Positions 27,702 through 40,100 of a stretch of 64,000 nucleotides of DNA are shown here, piece after piece (the first letter of the stretch is position 1; each line of letters begins with the position of its first letter). The translations under genes and the position numbers were made by a program. Source of the stretch: Azolla caroliniana (taxonomy: Eukaryota; Plantae; Polypodiophyta). The stretch covers positions 14,632,001 through 14,696,000 of the forward strand of contig JBHGNT010000014.1 of the NCBI GenBank assembly GCA_043228905.1. Reading direction: 5' to 3'. Under the pieces are notes generated by a model. It had not been told where the DNA came from, did no database searches, and saw only the letters and a list, made by a program, of their open reading frames with translations.

Positions 27702-29443
27702 TTCCATCTTCTTCTTTCTCAATAAGTCTTTGTTGCCGCATATCATAATGTATGCTCACTCCTTTTGATGGCGTTATGGTCATCAAACCTTTGCTCCAAT
27801 CTTGGACAAGATTGAGTTCTTGCATCCATGGTCGTCCTAGTACCAAAGAATATGACGGTCCTTTTAGTGGTATTACATGAAAATCCATGGAAATGCTTAC
27901 CCCAAAACACTTGATGACAACATCCTCCACTATGCCAATGCAATGGACCACTCCACCATCGGCTACAGCCACTCTTGCCGAAGACGACCTACTTATAGGA
28001 ATTCCCACTTTGTTTACCACAAATTCAGAAATCAAGCTTACTCTAACACCACTATCAACCAACGCATCTTTGATGTGAAACCCTTTGATGGAGACGGGGA
28101 TGGTGGGTCGTATGTCCTTTCGATCTTCTACTCGCACGATTCCCACATAATGCACAGTCTTCCGACTTTGGCGAATACTTGCAAGTCGCCCCCACTCCTT
28201 TCGTAATGTGGGAGATAATTGGAGAAGTTGCGGCCATGTTATCCTTGGTCCACTTGAAATCAACTCATGCTTCAAATTGAAAGCTTCTACACCTTCACCC
28301 ATAGGAATGTCCTCCATCTTGATCTTTCTTCTAGAGTGTCTCCTTCTCAATTTTTTCTCTTTCTCATTCTCCTTAGACTTCTTCTTTTGTCTTGAGGCAC
28401 TAGATTCTCCTTCAACTTCTTTCTCCTTTTGCGAGGCTCTTGTCCTTTTCACAAGAGCTACTTCACAAGCACTATCACTATCATCAATAAAATTAAGAAG
28501 ATTCACCTTATGAGGAATTGTAGGAACCTGAGTCATTGGAAGTGTTATGGATTCGCCTCCTTCGACTCCATTGTTGATAGGTCGTTGTCCATTCCGTTGC
28601 ACTTCATACATGTCTCTTTCCATACCTCTTTGTTGTCGATGAGGACATCTTGTTGAGTGTCCCTCCTCTTGACAAGAATAACAAATTACACCTTGATGCC
28701 CTCTAGAGCCACCACCATCGGGAATAGTGTTGCGAATTGCTTGGGATTGTTGCAAGTGGGCCATCACTTCATCAAAGCGCCGATTCACCAACGCCATTGT
28801 ATCTTGTTCACTCTTCACTTGTTCCACTTCTTGAGATATACTTGTTGGGTTTATTGTTGTGGTGGTATACACATTTGGAAACACTTGTCCACCATGCACA
28901 ATTGAAGATAAGGCTTGAAAGTTGGCACGAGGCATCAAATTTGCACCCAAAGCCGTCATTTGGGGATCCCCCATGGAACTCATCATCTTCACTTGTCGAT
29001 CATAATCTTGACAAACTTGGAGAAGAGCTTGAAAAGTCGTTGGATCCTTCAAGCTTGCCTCCAAACGGAAATGCATATCAAGGCCCACCTTAAATTGTTC
29101 TATCTTAAACCACTCGTCTTCGGTGCCACCACGAAGACGAATCCACGTCGTCCACAATTCTTGGAAATTTCGTTCATACTCTAAAAAACCAAAAGGTGAT
29201 TCCATCTTTAGTTGAAAAAGCTCCTCCCTTACCTCAGTTGCACTTTTCCATTGAATATATCTTGTACGAAATTGATGCACCAATAATTGATATTCTCCTT
29301 GTTCATTTTGCGGAAGAGAGTCATACCAATCTCGAGCACGACCATAGAATGTAGCTACCAACAAGGGCAACTTTTCGTTGTCGGTGATGCGTCCAATAGA
29401 TATGGCATGATGCTCAAAGCATGCCAAAAAGGCACCAACATCT
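27700..29443 (-). pseudogene. Inverted gag-protease fragment
   Basis: ORF 27658-29427; both ends are microhomology junctions. Confidence 0.9.
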
Positions 29444-30284
29444 TTTTATTTTTATTTTTTTTTATTATATCTCTCTCATTGTCTATAGCCAAGAGATTGG
29501 CGAGAGAGCTTTTGTTTGTTAAGTACTGCCAATAAGTGCTTCGCCATAAATGGCTTAGCCTCTAACAAGGGGGAGGGCTAAATGTGAAAGTGTTTTTAGA
29601 ATCTAAGCCATTGAACATTAGGAGAATATAAAGTATAGATAATTCACCTTTTGAGGATAAGAACACGAACTAAGATCTTAGGAAAGAAGTCAAAAGTAAA
29701 AGTACGAGACCAAGAGAAAAGTAAAAAAGAGAAAACGCAGACTATAAAAAACAGTAAAAATAGAATGGTCAAATCACGTTTAAATATGGATTAGAAAGCT
29801 TGTAAAAAGAGCTTTCTATAGCTTTTTAAATCGCTTATTTGAATATCGGATGAGGGAGATATGACGATTAGAAGGTCGATGTGTCATAGCTAAAAATAGG
29901 GAGATAAAAAGCTTCTAAAAATAGCATGAACGTGGATAAGAAGAGGAAGGTTATAAAAGAAGAAGTGATATTAGTGAGAGGGGGGGAAGAGTAAAGAAAA
30001 AGAGTGGATGAGGAGTGTTAGGAAGAAGTGTCTTAGAAGAGGAAGGTCTTTGGTTTTAGTTCAATGTGGAGTTTGTCTCCTTTGTATTCTCTTGATGTTG
30101 GAATATCAGAACATTCTTATTTCTTGCTCGCTTTCTCTATCTTTTTTCTTAGTTTCTTGAGTTATACTCTCTAATCATAATTACCTAGAGCTATATAATA
30201 TATTATGATTTTCAACTCCATCTAATCGGTTTGGTCAAGCCCTCATATAGTGTATAACTATCTATTATCTTATACACCCTATCA
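29438..30284 (+). repeat. 3'UTR, PPT and LTR (29583-30284, small internal deletion)
   Basis: Matches 33316-34186. Confidence 0.9.
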
Positions 30285-30287
30285 TTT

Positions 30288-33200
30288 AGTGTTTTTAGAA
30301 TCTAAGCCATTGAACATTAGGAGAATATAAAGTATAGATAATTCACCTTTTGAGGATAAGAACACGAACTAAGATCTTAGGGAAGAAGTCAAAAGTAAAA
30401 GTACGAGACCAAGAGAAAAGTAAAAAGAGAAAACGCAGACTATAAAAAACAGTAAAAATAGAATGGTCATAACTCCCTCGTTGTTTATCGAAATATCACG
30501 TTTAAATATGGATTAGAAAGCTTATAAAAAGAGCTTTCTATAGCTGTTTAAATCGCTTAATTTGGATATCGGATGAGGGAGATATGACGATTAGAAGGTT
30601 GATGTGTCATAGCTAAAAATAGGGAGATAAAAAGCTTCTAAAAATAGCATGAACGTGGATAAGAAGAGGAAGGTTATAAAAGAAGAAGTAATATTAGTGA
30701 GGAGGGGGGAAAGAGAAAAGAAAAAGGGTGGATGAGGAGTGTTAGGAAGAAGTGTCTTAGAAGAGGAAGGTCTTTGGTTTTAGTTCAATGTGGAGTTTGT
30801 CTCCTTTGTATTCTCTTGATGTTGGAATATCAGAACATTCTTATTTCTTGCTCGCTTTCTCTATCTTTTTTCTTAGTTTCTTGAGTTATACTCTCTAATC
30901 ATAATTACCTAGAGCTATATAATATATTATGATTTTCAACTCCATCTAATCGGTTTGGTCAAGCCCTCATATAGTGTATAACTATCTATTATCTTATATA
31001 CCCTATCATTTTGGCGCTCCAGGGAGGGTCGATCCTTTCCGTATCGGAAGAGAAGTTATCATTTAATTGTGTTACTATATTACATTAACTTAGCTATGCA
31101 ATTTGCATTTTCGGGTGAAAGAACACAAGATGCTGGTGCCTTTTTGGCATGCTTTGAGCATCATGCCATATCTATTGGACGCATCACCGACAACGAAAAG
31201 TTGCCCTTGTTGGTAGCTACATTCTATGGTCGTGCTCGAGATTGGTATGACTCTCTTCCGCAAAATGAACAAGGAGAATATCAATTATTGGTGCATCAAT
31301 TTCGTACAAGATATATTCAATGGAAAAGTGCAACTGAGGTAAGGGAGGAGCTTTTTCAACTAAAGATGGAATCACCTTTTGGTTTTTTAGAGTATGAACG
31401 AAATTTCCAAGAATTGTGGACGACGTGGATTCGTCTTCGTGGTGGCACCGAAGACGAGTGGTTTAAGATAGAACAATTTAAGGTGGGCCTTGATATGCAT
31501 TTCCGTTTGGAGGCAAGCTTGAAGGATCCAATGACTTTTCAAGCTCTTCTCCAAGTTTGTCAAGATTATGATCGACAAGTGAAGATGATGAGTTCCATGG
31601 GGGATCCCCAAATGACGGCTTTGGGTGCAAATTTGATGCCTCGTGCCAACTTTCAAGCCTCATCTTCAATTGTGCATGGGGGACAAGTGTTTCCAAATGT
31701 GTATACCACCACAACAATAAACCCAACAAGTATATCCCAAGAAGTTGAACAAGTGAGGAGTGAACAAGATACCATGGCATTGGTAAATCGGCGCTTTGAT
31801 GAAGTGATGACCCACTTGCGACAATCCCAAACAATTCACAACACTATTCCCGATAGTGGTGGCTCTAGAGGGCATCACGGTGTAATTTGTTATTCTTGTC
31901 AAGAGGAGGGACACATCTCAACAAGATGTCCTCATCGACAACAAAGAGGCATGGGAAGAGGCATTTATCACGTGCAAAGGAATGGACAATGACCTAACAA
32001 CAATGAAGTCGAAGGAAACGTAACACTCCCTATGGCTCAGGTTCCTACAATTCCTCATAATGTGAATCTTCTTAATTTTATTGATGATAGTGATAATTCT
32101 TTTGAAGTAGCTCCTGTGAAAAGGACAAGGTCCTCGCAAAAGGAGAAAGAAGTTGAAGGAGAATCTAGTGCCTCAAGACAAAAGAAGAAGTCTAAGGAGA
32201 ATGAGAAAGAGGAAAAATTGAGAAGGAGACACTCTAGAAGAAAGATCAAGATGGAGGACATTCCTATGGGTGAAGGTGTAGAAGCTTTCAATTTGAAGCA
32301 TGAGTTGATTTCAAGTGGACCAAGGATAACATGGCCGCAACTTCTCCAATTATCTCCCACATTACGAAAGGAGTGGGGGCGACTTGCAAGTATTCGCCAA
32401 AGTCGGAAGACTGTGCATTATGTGGGAATCGTGCGAGTAGAAGATCGAAAGGACATACGACCCACCATCCCCGTCTCCATCAAAGGGGTTCACATCAAAG
32501 ATGCCTTGGGTGATAGTGGTGCTAGGGTAAGCTTGATTTCTGAATTTGTAGTAAACAAAGTAGGAATTCCTATTAGTAGGTCATCTTCAACAAGGGTGGT
32601 TGTAGTAGATAGTGGAGTGGTGCATTGCACAAGCATAGTGGAGGATGTGTTCATCAAGTGTTTTGGAATAAGAGGAGAAGCTTGCAACAAATACCACATC
32701 AACTTGAAGGAAAGTGTATCAATTTCCCCAAAGCTTCGGCAATTGAGTGTTGAACAAAAGGAAGAATTTATGCAAGAGTTCAACGCATGGTTACAAGAAA
32801 GTTCCAATTATAAGATGGAAGATTTGAGGTGTGTGTCACCTATAGTTTTGGTTCCAAAGAAGAATGAGATCAATTTCAAACCCTTGAATGATTCGACCAA
32901 ACGAGATGAATTTTCACTTCCTTCTCGAGATGAGATTGTCGATAAAATGGTTGTTTATACAAAACAAGGTAGTGTGGACAATATGTTGTGCCAAAAAGGA
33001 TTTCATGTGGATGATTCAAAGATTAACATAATTACAAAGATGACAATTCCGACAAGTCTTGAAGCTTTGAAAGAATTTGTGCAAAAGGTGCGCTCGCTCG
33101 AAAGATTCATTTATATGTTGACATGCTTACTGCTATCAAGAGTGATGTATCCCATGGCCCTACTAGTCTTTGGAGAGTTAACGAAGACATAATGATTGTG

Positions 33201-34186
33201 GTAACCTCTTTCTTTGTGTTGACAAGGAGAAAGATGATGATGGAATTGTCAATGTGTGTGTGGGTGTGTCTAGGAGTGTGAGGTTTTTCCTACCGATTAG
33301 CGGGGGTTTTACTCACATCTTTTTATTTTTATTTATTTTTATTATATCTCTCTCATTGTCTATAGCCAAGAGATTGGCGAGAGAGCTTTTGTTTGTTAAG
33401 TACTGCCAATAAGTGCTTCGCCATAAATGGCTTAGCCTCTAACAAGGGGGAGGGCTAAATGTGAAAGTGTTTTTAGAATCTAAGCCATTGAACATTAGGA
33501 GAATATAAAGTATAGATAATTCACCTTTTGAGGATAAGAACACGAACTAAGATCTTAGGGAAGAAGTCAAAAGTAAAAGTACGAGACCAAGAGAAAAGTA
33601 AAAAGAGAAAACGCAGACTATAAAAAACAGTAAAAATAGAATGGTCATAACTCCCTCGTTGTTTATCCAAATATCACGTTTAAATATGGATTAGAAAGCT
33701 TGTAAAAAGAGCTTTCTATAGCTTTTTAAATCGCTTAATTTGGATATCGGATGAGGGAGATATGACGATTAGAAGGTTGATGTGTCATAGCTAAAAATAG
33801 GGAGATAAAAAGCTTCTAAAAATAGCATGAACGTGGATAAGAAGAGGAAGGTTATAAAAGAAGAAGTAATATTAGTGAGAAGGGGGGGAAGAGTAAAGAA
33901 AAAGAGTGGATGAGGAGTGTTAGGAAGAAGTGTCTTAGAAGAGGAAGGTCTTTGGTTTTAGTTCAATGTGGAGTTTGTCTCCTTTGTATTCTCTTGATGT
34001 TGGAATATCAGAACATTCTTATTTCTTGCTCGCTTTCTCTATCTTTTTTCTTAGTTTCTTGAGTTATACTCTCTAATCATAATTACCTAGAGCTATATAA
34101 TATATTATGATTTTCAACTCCATCTAATCGGTTTGGTCAAGCCCTCATATAGTGTATAACTATCTATTATCTTATACACCCTATCA
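30288..34186 (+). mobile_element. Non-autonomous copy 1 (LTR 30288-31008, gag-PR-deltaRT 31096-33192 with one premature stop, LTR 33460-34186)
   Basis: Same LTR, PBS and PPT as the autonomous form; no RT catalytic core, RNase H or integrase. Confidence 0.9.
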
Positions 34187-34193
34187 TTTTAAA

Positions 34194-37100
34194 TGTGAAA
34201 GTGTTTTTAGAATCTAAGCCATTGAACATTAGGAGAATATAAAGTATAGATAATTCACCTTTTGAGGATAAGAACACGAACTAAGACCTTAGGGAAGAAG
34301 TCAAAAGTAAAAGTACGAGACCAAGAGAAAAGTAAAAAGAGAAAACGCAGACTATAAAAAACAGTAAAAATAGAATGGTCATAACTCCCTCGTTGTTTAT
34401 CGAAATATCACGTTTAAATATGGATTAGAAAGCTTATAAAAAGAGCTTTCTATAGCTGTTTAAATCGCTTAATTTGGATATCGGATGAGGGAGATATGAC
34501 GATTAGAAGGTTGATGTGTCATAGCTAAAAATAGGGAGATAAAAAGCTTCTAAAAATAGCATGAACGTGGATAAGAAGAGGAAGGTTATAAAAGAAGAAG
34601 TAATATTAGTGAGGAGGGGGGAAAGAGAAAAGAAAAAGGGTGGATGAGGAGTGTTAGGAAGAAGTGTCTTAGAAGAGGAAGGTCTTTGGTTTTAGTTCAA
34701 TGTGGAGTTTGTCTCCTTTGTATTCTCTTGATGTTGGAATATCAGAACATTCTTATTTCTTGCTCGCTTTCTCTATCTTTTTTCTTAGTTTCTTGAGTTA
34801 TACTCTCTAATCATAATTACCTAGAGCTATATAATATATTATGATCTTCAACTCCATCTAATCGGTTTGATCAAGCCCTCATATAGTGTATAACTATCTA
34901 TTATCTTATACACTCTATCATTTTGGCGCTCCAGGGAGGGCCGATCCTTTCCGTATCGGAAGAGAAGTTATCATTTAATTGTGTTACTATATTACATTAA
35001 CTTAGCTATGCAATTTGCATTTTCGGGTGAAAGAACACAAGATGCTGGTGCCTTTTTGGCATGCTTTGAGCATCATGCCATATCTATTGGACGCATCACC
35101 GACAACGAAAAGTTGCCCTTGTTGGTAGCTACATTCTATGGTCGTGCTCGAGATTGGTATGACTCTCTTCCGCAAAATGAACAAGGAGAATATCAATTAT
35201 TGGTGCATCAATTTCGTACAAGATATATTCAATGGAAAAGTGCAACTGAGGTAAGGGAGGAGCTTTTTCAACTAAAGATGGAATCACCTTTTGGTTTTTT
35301 AGAGTATGAAAGAAATTTCAAGGATTTGTGGACTACATGGATTCGTCTTCGTGGTGGCACCGAAGACGAGTGGTTTAAGATAGAACAATTTAAGGTGGGC
35401 CTTGATATGCATTTCCGTTTGGAGGCAAGCTTGAAGGATCCAACGACTTTTCAAGCTCTTCTCCAAGTTTGTCAAGATTATGATCGACAAGTGAAGATGA
35501 TGAGTTCCATGGGGGATCCCCAAATGACGGCTTTGGGTGCAAATTTGATGCCTCGTGCCAACTTTCAAGCCTTATCTTCAATTGTGCATGGTGGACAAGT
35601 GTTTCCAAATGTGTATACCACCACAACAATAAACCCAACAAGTATATCTCAAGAAGTGGAACAAGTGAAGAGTGAACAAGATACAATGGCGTTGGTGAAT
35701 CGGCGCTTTGATGAAGTGATGGCCCACTTGCAACAATCCCAAGCAATTCGTAACATTATTCCCGATGGTGGTGGCTCTAGAGGGCATCAAGGTGTAATTT
35801 GTTATTCTTGTCAAGAGGAGGGACACTCAACAAGATGTCCTCATCGACAACAAAGAGGTATGGAAAGAGACATGTATGAAGTGCAACGGAATGGACAACG
35901 ACCTATCAACAATGGAGTCGAAGGAGGCGAATCCATAACACTTCCAATGACTCAGGTTCCTACAATTCCTCATAATGTGAATCTTCTTAATTTTATTGAT
36001 GATAGTGATAATTCTTTTGAAGTAGCTCCTGTGAAAAGGACAAGGTCCTCGCAAAAGGAGAAAGAAGTTGAAGGAGAATCTAGTGCCTCAAGACAAAAGA
36101 AGAAGTCTAAGGAGAATGAGAAAGAGGAAAAATTGAGAAGGAGACACTCTAGAAGAAAGATCAAGATGGAGGACATTCCTATGGGTGAAGGTGTAGAAGC
36201 TTTCAATTTGAAGCATGAGTTGATTTCAAGTGGACCAAGGATAACATGGCCGCAACTTCTCCAATTATCTCCCACATTACGAAAGGAGTGGGGGCGACTT
36301 GCAAGTATTCGCCAAAGTCGGAAGACTGTGCATTATGTGGGAATCGTGCGAGTAGAAGATCGAAAGGACATACGACCCACCATCCCCGTCTCCATCAAAG
36401 GGTTTCACATCAAAGATGCGTTGGTTGATAGTGGTGCTAGAGTAAGCTTGATTTCTGAATTTGTGGTAAACAAAGTGGGAATTCCTATAAGTAGGTCATC
36501 TTCGGCAAGAGTGGTTGTAGCCGATGGTGGAGTGGTCCATTGCATTGGCATAGTGGAGGATGTTGTCATCAAGTGTTTTGGGGTAAGCATTTCCATGGAT
36601 TTTCATGTAATACCACTAAAAGGACCGTCATATTCTTTGGTACTAGGACGACCATGGATGCAAGAACTCAATGTTGTCCAAGATTGGAGCAAAGGTTTGA
36701 TGACCATAACGCCATCAAAAGGAGTGAGCATACATTATGATATGCGGCAACAAAGACTTATTGAGAAAGAAGAAGATGGAATAACTGAATATGATAGTGG
36801 GTCCGCATATGAAAGTGATGAAAGTGAAGATTCCTCGTCAGAATGGGAAATGACCACATCATATGCCGTTTTGAAGGAAGAAGATGATGAAGGAGGTTTA
36901 ATTACTATGGAGCAAAAAGAGAAGATGATTTCTAAAGATCTTAAAGGGCAAGAGAGGCAACAATTTATTAATTTGATTTCTGAATTTCCTAACCTTTTCA
37001 TTAGTGATTATGCTCATATTAGGGGTGTAGATGTCATCCAACATCACATAAATCTAAAGGAGGGTACAACTCCCGTTGCGCAAAAGTTGCGAAGGCTAGG

Positions 37101-40100
37101 TCACGTGCAAAAGGAGGCCTTATTAAAGGAAGTCAAAGCTTTGTTGCGTGCACAATTCATTTACCCAGTGGAAGATTCTGAATGGGTTTCGCCCATTGTG
37201 GTGGTACCTAAAAAGAATGGAAAATGGAGGGTTTGTGTTGATTACAAACCTCTAAATGCGGCTACCAAGAGGGATCACTTTCCTCTCCCTTTCCAAGATG
37301 AAATATTAGATGAAATTGCGGGTCATGAAATGTACTCTGTTTGTGATGGCTATTCAGGTTATTTTCAAATTCGTATTGCGGAAGAGGATCAAAAGAAGAC
37401 GACATTCATCACTCCATGGGGATGCTTTGCATATCGATGCATGCCCTTTGGACTCACAAATGCTGTTTTTACATTTAATCGTCTTGCTATTCATGTATTC
37501 CAACCATTCTTTGGAAAGTTTGTTAGAGTCTTTATGGATGACTTTGCAATTTATAGTAGCAGGAAAGACCATTTGGAAAAGGTTTGCTCGGCATTCAAAA
37601 GATTGGAGGAATGCAAAATGCAACTCAACCCAGAGAAGTGTCACATAGGTGAAAAGGAGGTGGTGATGCTTGGTCATGTGGTGTCTCAAGAAGGAATCAA
37701 AGTTGATAGCTCAAAGATTGAAGCAATTCAAAAGATGACAACACCCACGAGTATCAAAGATTTGGAGGTATTTGTTCAAAAAGTTCGTTACTTTGAACGA
37801 TTCATTCATATGTTGGCCCAAATTCTCTATCCTTTTCGCATTATTCTTCGCACCAACAACTTCTTGTGGACATCTACAACTGAAGAGCAATATGTAAGAA
37901 TAAAAGAACTATTATGTAATGCTCCTATTCTAAAGCCACCTGATAGAACATCTACCTTCTTTCTTTCTCTTAGTGTTGGATCTCATGCTATAGGAGCCAT
38001 TCTTATGCAACAAGATTCTGAAAATAGGCTTATGCATCCTATATATTTTATTAGTAAAGCCATGTCTGATGTAGAGAAAGAATTCTTAGAAGTAGAAAAG
38101 TGGATGTTAGCTCTTATATATGCTTGTAAAAAGTTTAGAAGCTTTCTACTACCTCATCATTTTGTAATAATCACTAGCATGTCATTACTCCCATATGTAC
38201 TCCAACATGTGAGCATTTCAGCACGAATTGCTAAATGGGCTCTACTATTGGCGGAGTTTGATTTTGAAGTCAAATTGGAATCAACTATGCGTGCCGAATT
38301 GGCGGATCTTCTCACCTTTAGAGAAACCTTTCATGAAGAAGACTTGGTAAAGCTACGAAAGGCACTTCCCGAGCCGGATATGGAGGATGCATTCACCTTA
38401 TTCTTTGATGGGGCATTTCGCAAAGCCACAAACATAGCCGTGGGTGGGATTATTCTCAAGGATCCTCAAGGAGACAGAGTAAAAAGTGAAGGTATTACAT
38501 TAAGTGGTGTGAATTCAAATAATGAAGCGGAGTATGCTACCTTGTGTTATGGTCTTCGTCTATGTAAAGCTATGAAGATAAAAAGATTAATTCTTAAGGG
38601 TGATTCCTTATTGGTAATTAAACAAATTCAAGGCAACTGGAAATGTCAAAGTGATGGGCTTAGAAATTTTTATAAAGAAGCAATGAGTCTACTAAGGTCT
38701 TTTGAAAAGATACAGGTTAAGCATGTGGGGAGATTATACAATAAAGAAGCGGATGCATTAGCTCAAGCCCAATTAGATAAGATCAAGGAAGGTTTCGTTG
38801 GTGTTTTGGAGACGTGCAAAGATGTAGACTCCCTAGAGGAAGTACATAATTTTCTTGATAAAGGAGAGTTTCCAAATAACCTCAATGCTTTGCAAAGAAA
38901 GCGTTTGGTGGCAAAGGCTTCACAATATCATTTGGTGGGTGAAGATTTGTACAACAAAGGGAAAGATGGAGTTTTACGAAGAGTTCCTAACAAAAGCGAG
39001 ATTATAAAGATACTCTTTAAGTTGCATGAAGAAGTTTGTGGTGGGCATTTAGCCCATGATATAATGATAAGAAAGATTTTACTAATTGGTTTTACATGGC
39101 CTACTATCCATAGGGATGTGCATGATTGGTGTAGATCTTGTGATGCATGTCAAAAAGCGGGAATAAGACATCTACAAAGTGGACCTTTACAACCCATTGT
39201 GGTGTTTGCTCCATTCGAGAAATGGGGAATTGATGCAGTAGGACCTCTTCCGAAAACTCAACATGTTAAAGAGTTTATTTTGGTGGCCATTGACTACATG
39301 ACAAAGTGGGTGGAAGCTATAGCAACTTCCTCGATTAAAGCCAAAGATGTAGCCCAATTTGTGTATAAGAATATTTGTACTAGATTTGGAGTTCCCATGG
39401 AGATTGTATCCGATCATGGACCCGGTTTTAGGAGTGAAATGTTAGCTTGTCTATTAAGCAAGTTGAAGATTAAGCATCGATATTCAACGCCTTATTATCC
39501 TCAAGCAAATGGTGCAGTTGAGAAAGTGAATGGGCTTATAGTGAAGAATTTGACAAAGTTAGTGCAAGACAAAGTAAGAACATGGGATAGGTATTTGGAT
39601 GATACTCTTTGGGCTTATAGAGTTTCTTATAAATCCTCCACAGGTTTTACTCCTTTTTATTTGGTTTATGGAAAAGAAGCGTTACTTCCGATCGAACTTG
39701 AGATCAAAAGTAATAGACTAATGGAGGCATCGCATCGCTCAAAAGGAAATGATGTGATGAGTCGTTTAGCGAGCAACCATCTACTACAATATTCAAGAGA
39801 AGAAGCTGTGGAGCATTACTTAAATCAAGCAATGAAGAGAAAGGAGGCATATGACAAAAAACACAAGGGCAACCACATTGAAGAAGGATCATTGGTTCTT
39901 AGGTATGATAATAGATATGATTATATTCAAGGACAAAAGCTTGATAATAAGTGGGAAGGACCCTTTGTGGTTCACAAAAAGTATGACAACGGAAGTTACC
40001 AATTGAAAGATGTGGATGGAGCACTTCATTCTTATCGAGTGAACGGATGGCGCCTTAAAAAGTATGTAACTCGGGGACCTACTTATATTCCCCAAGTTAC

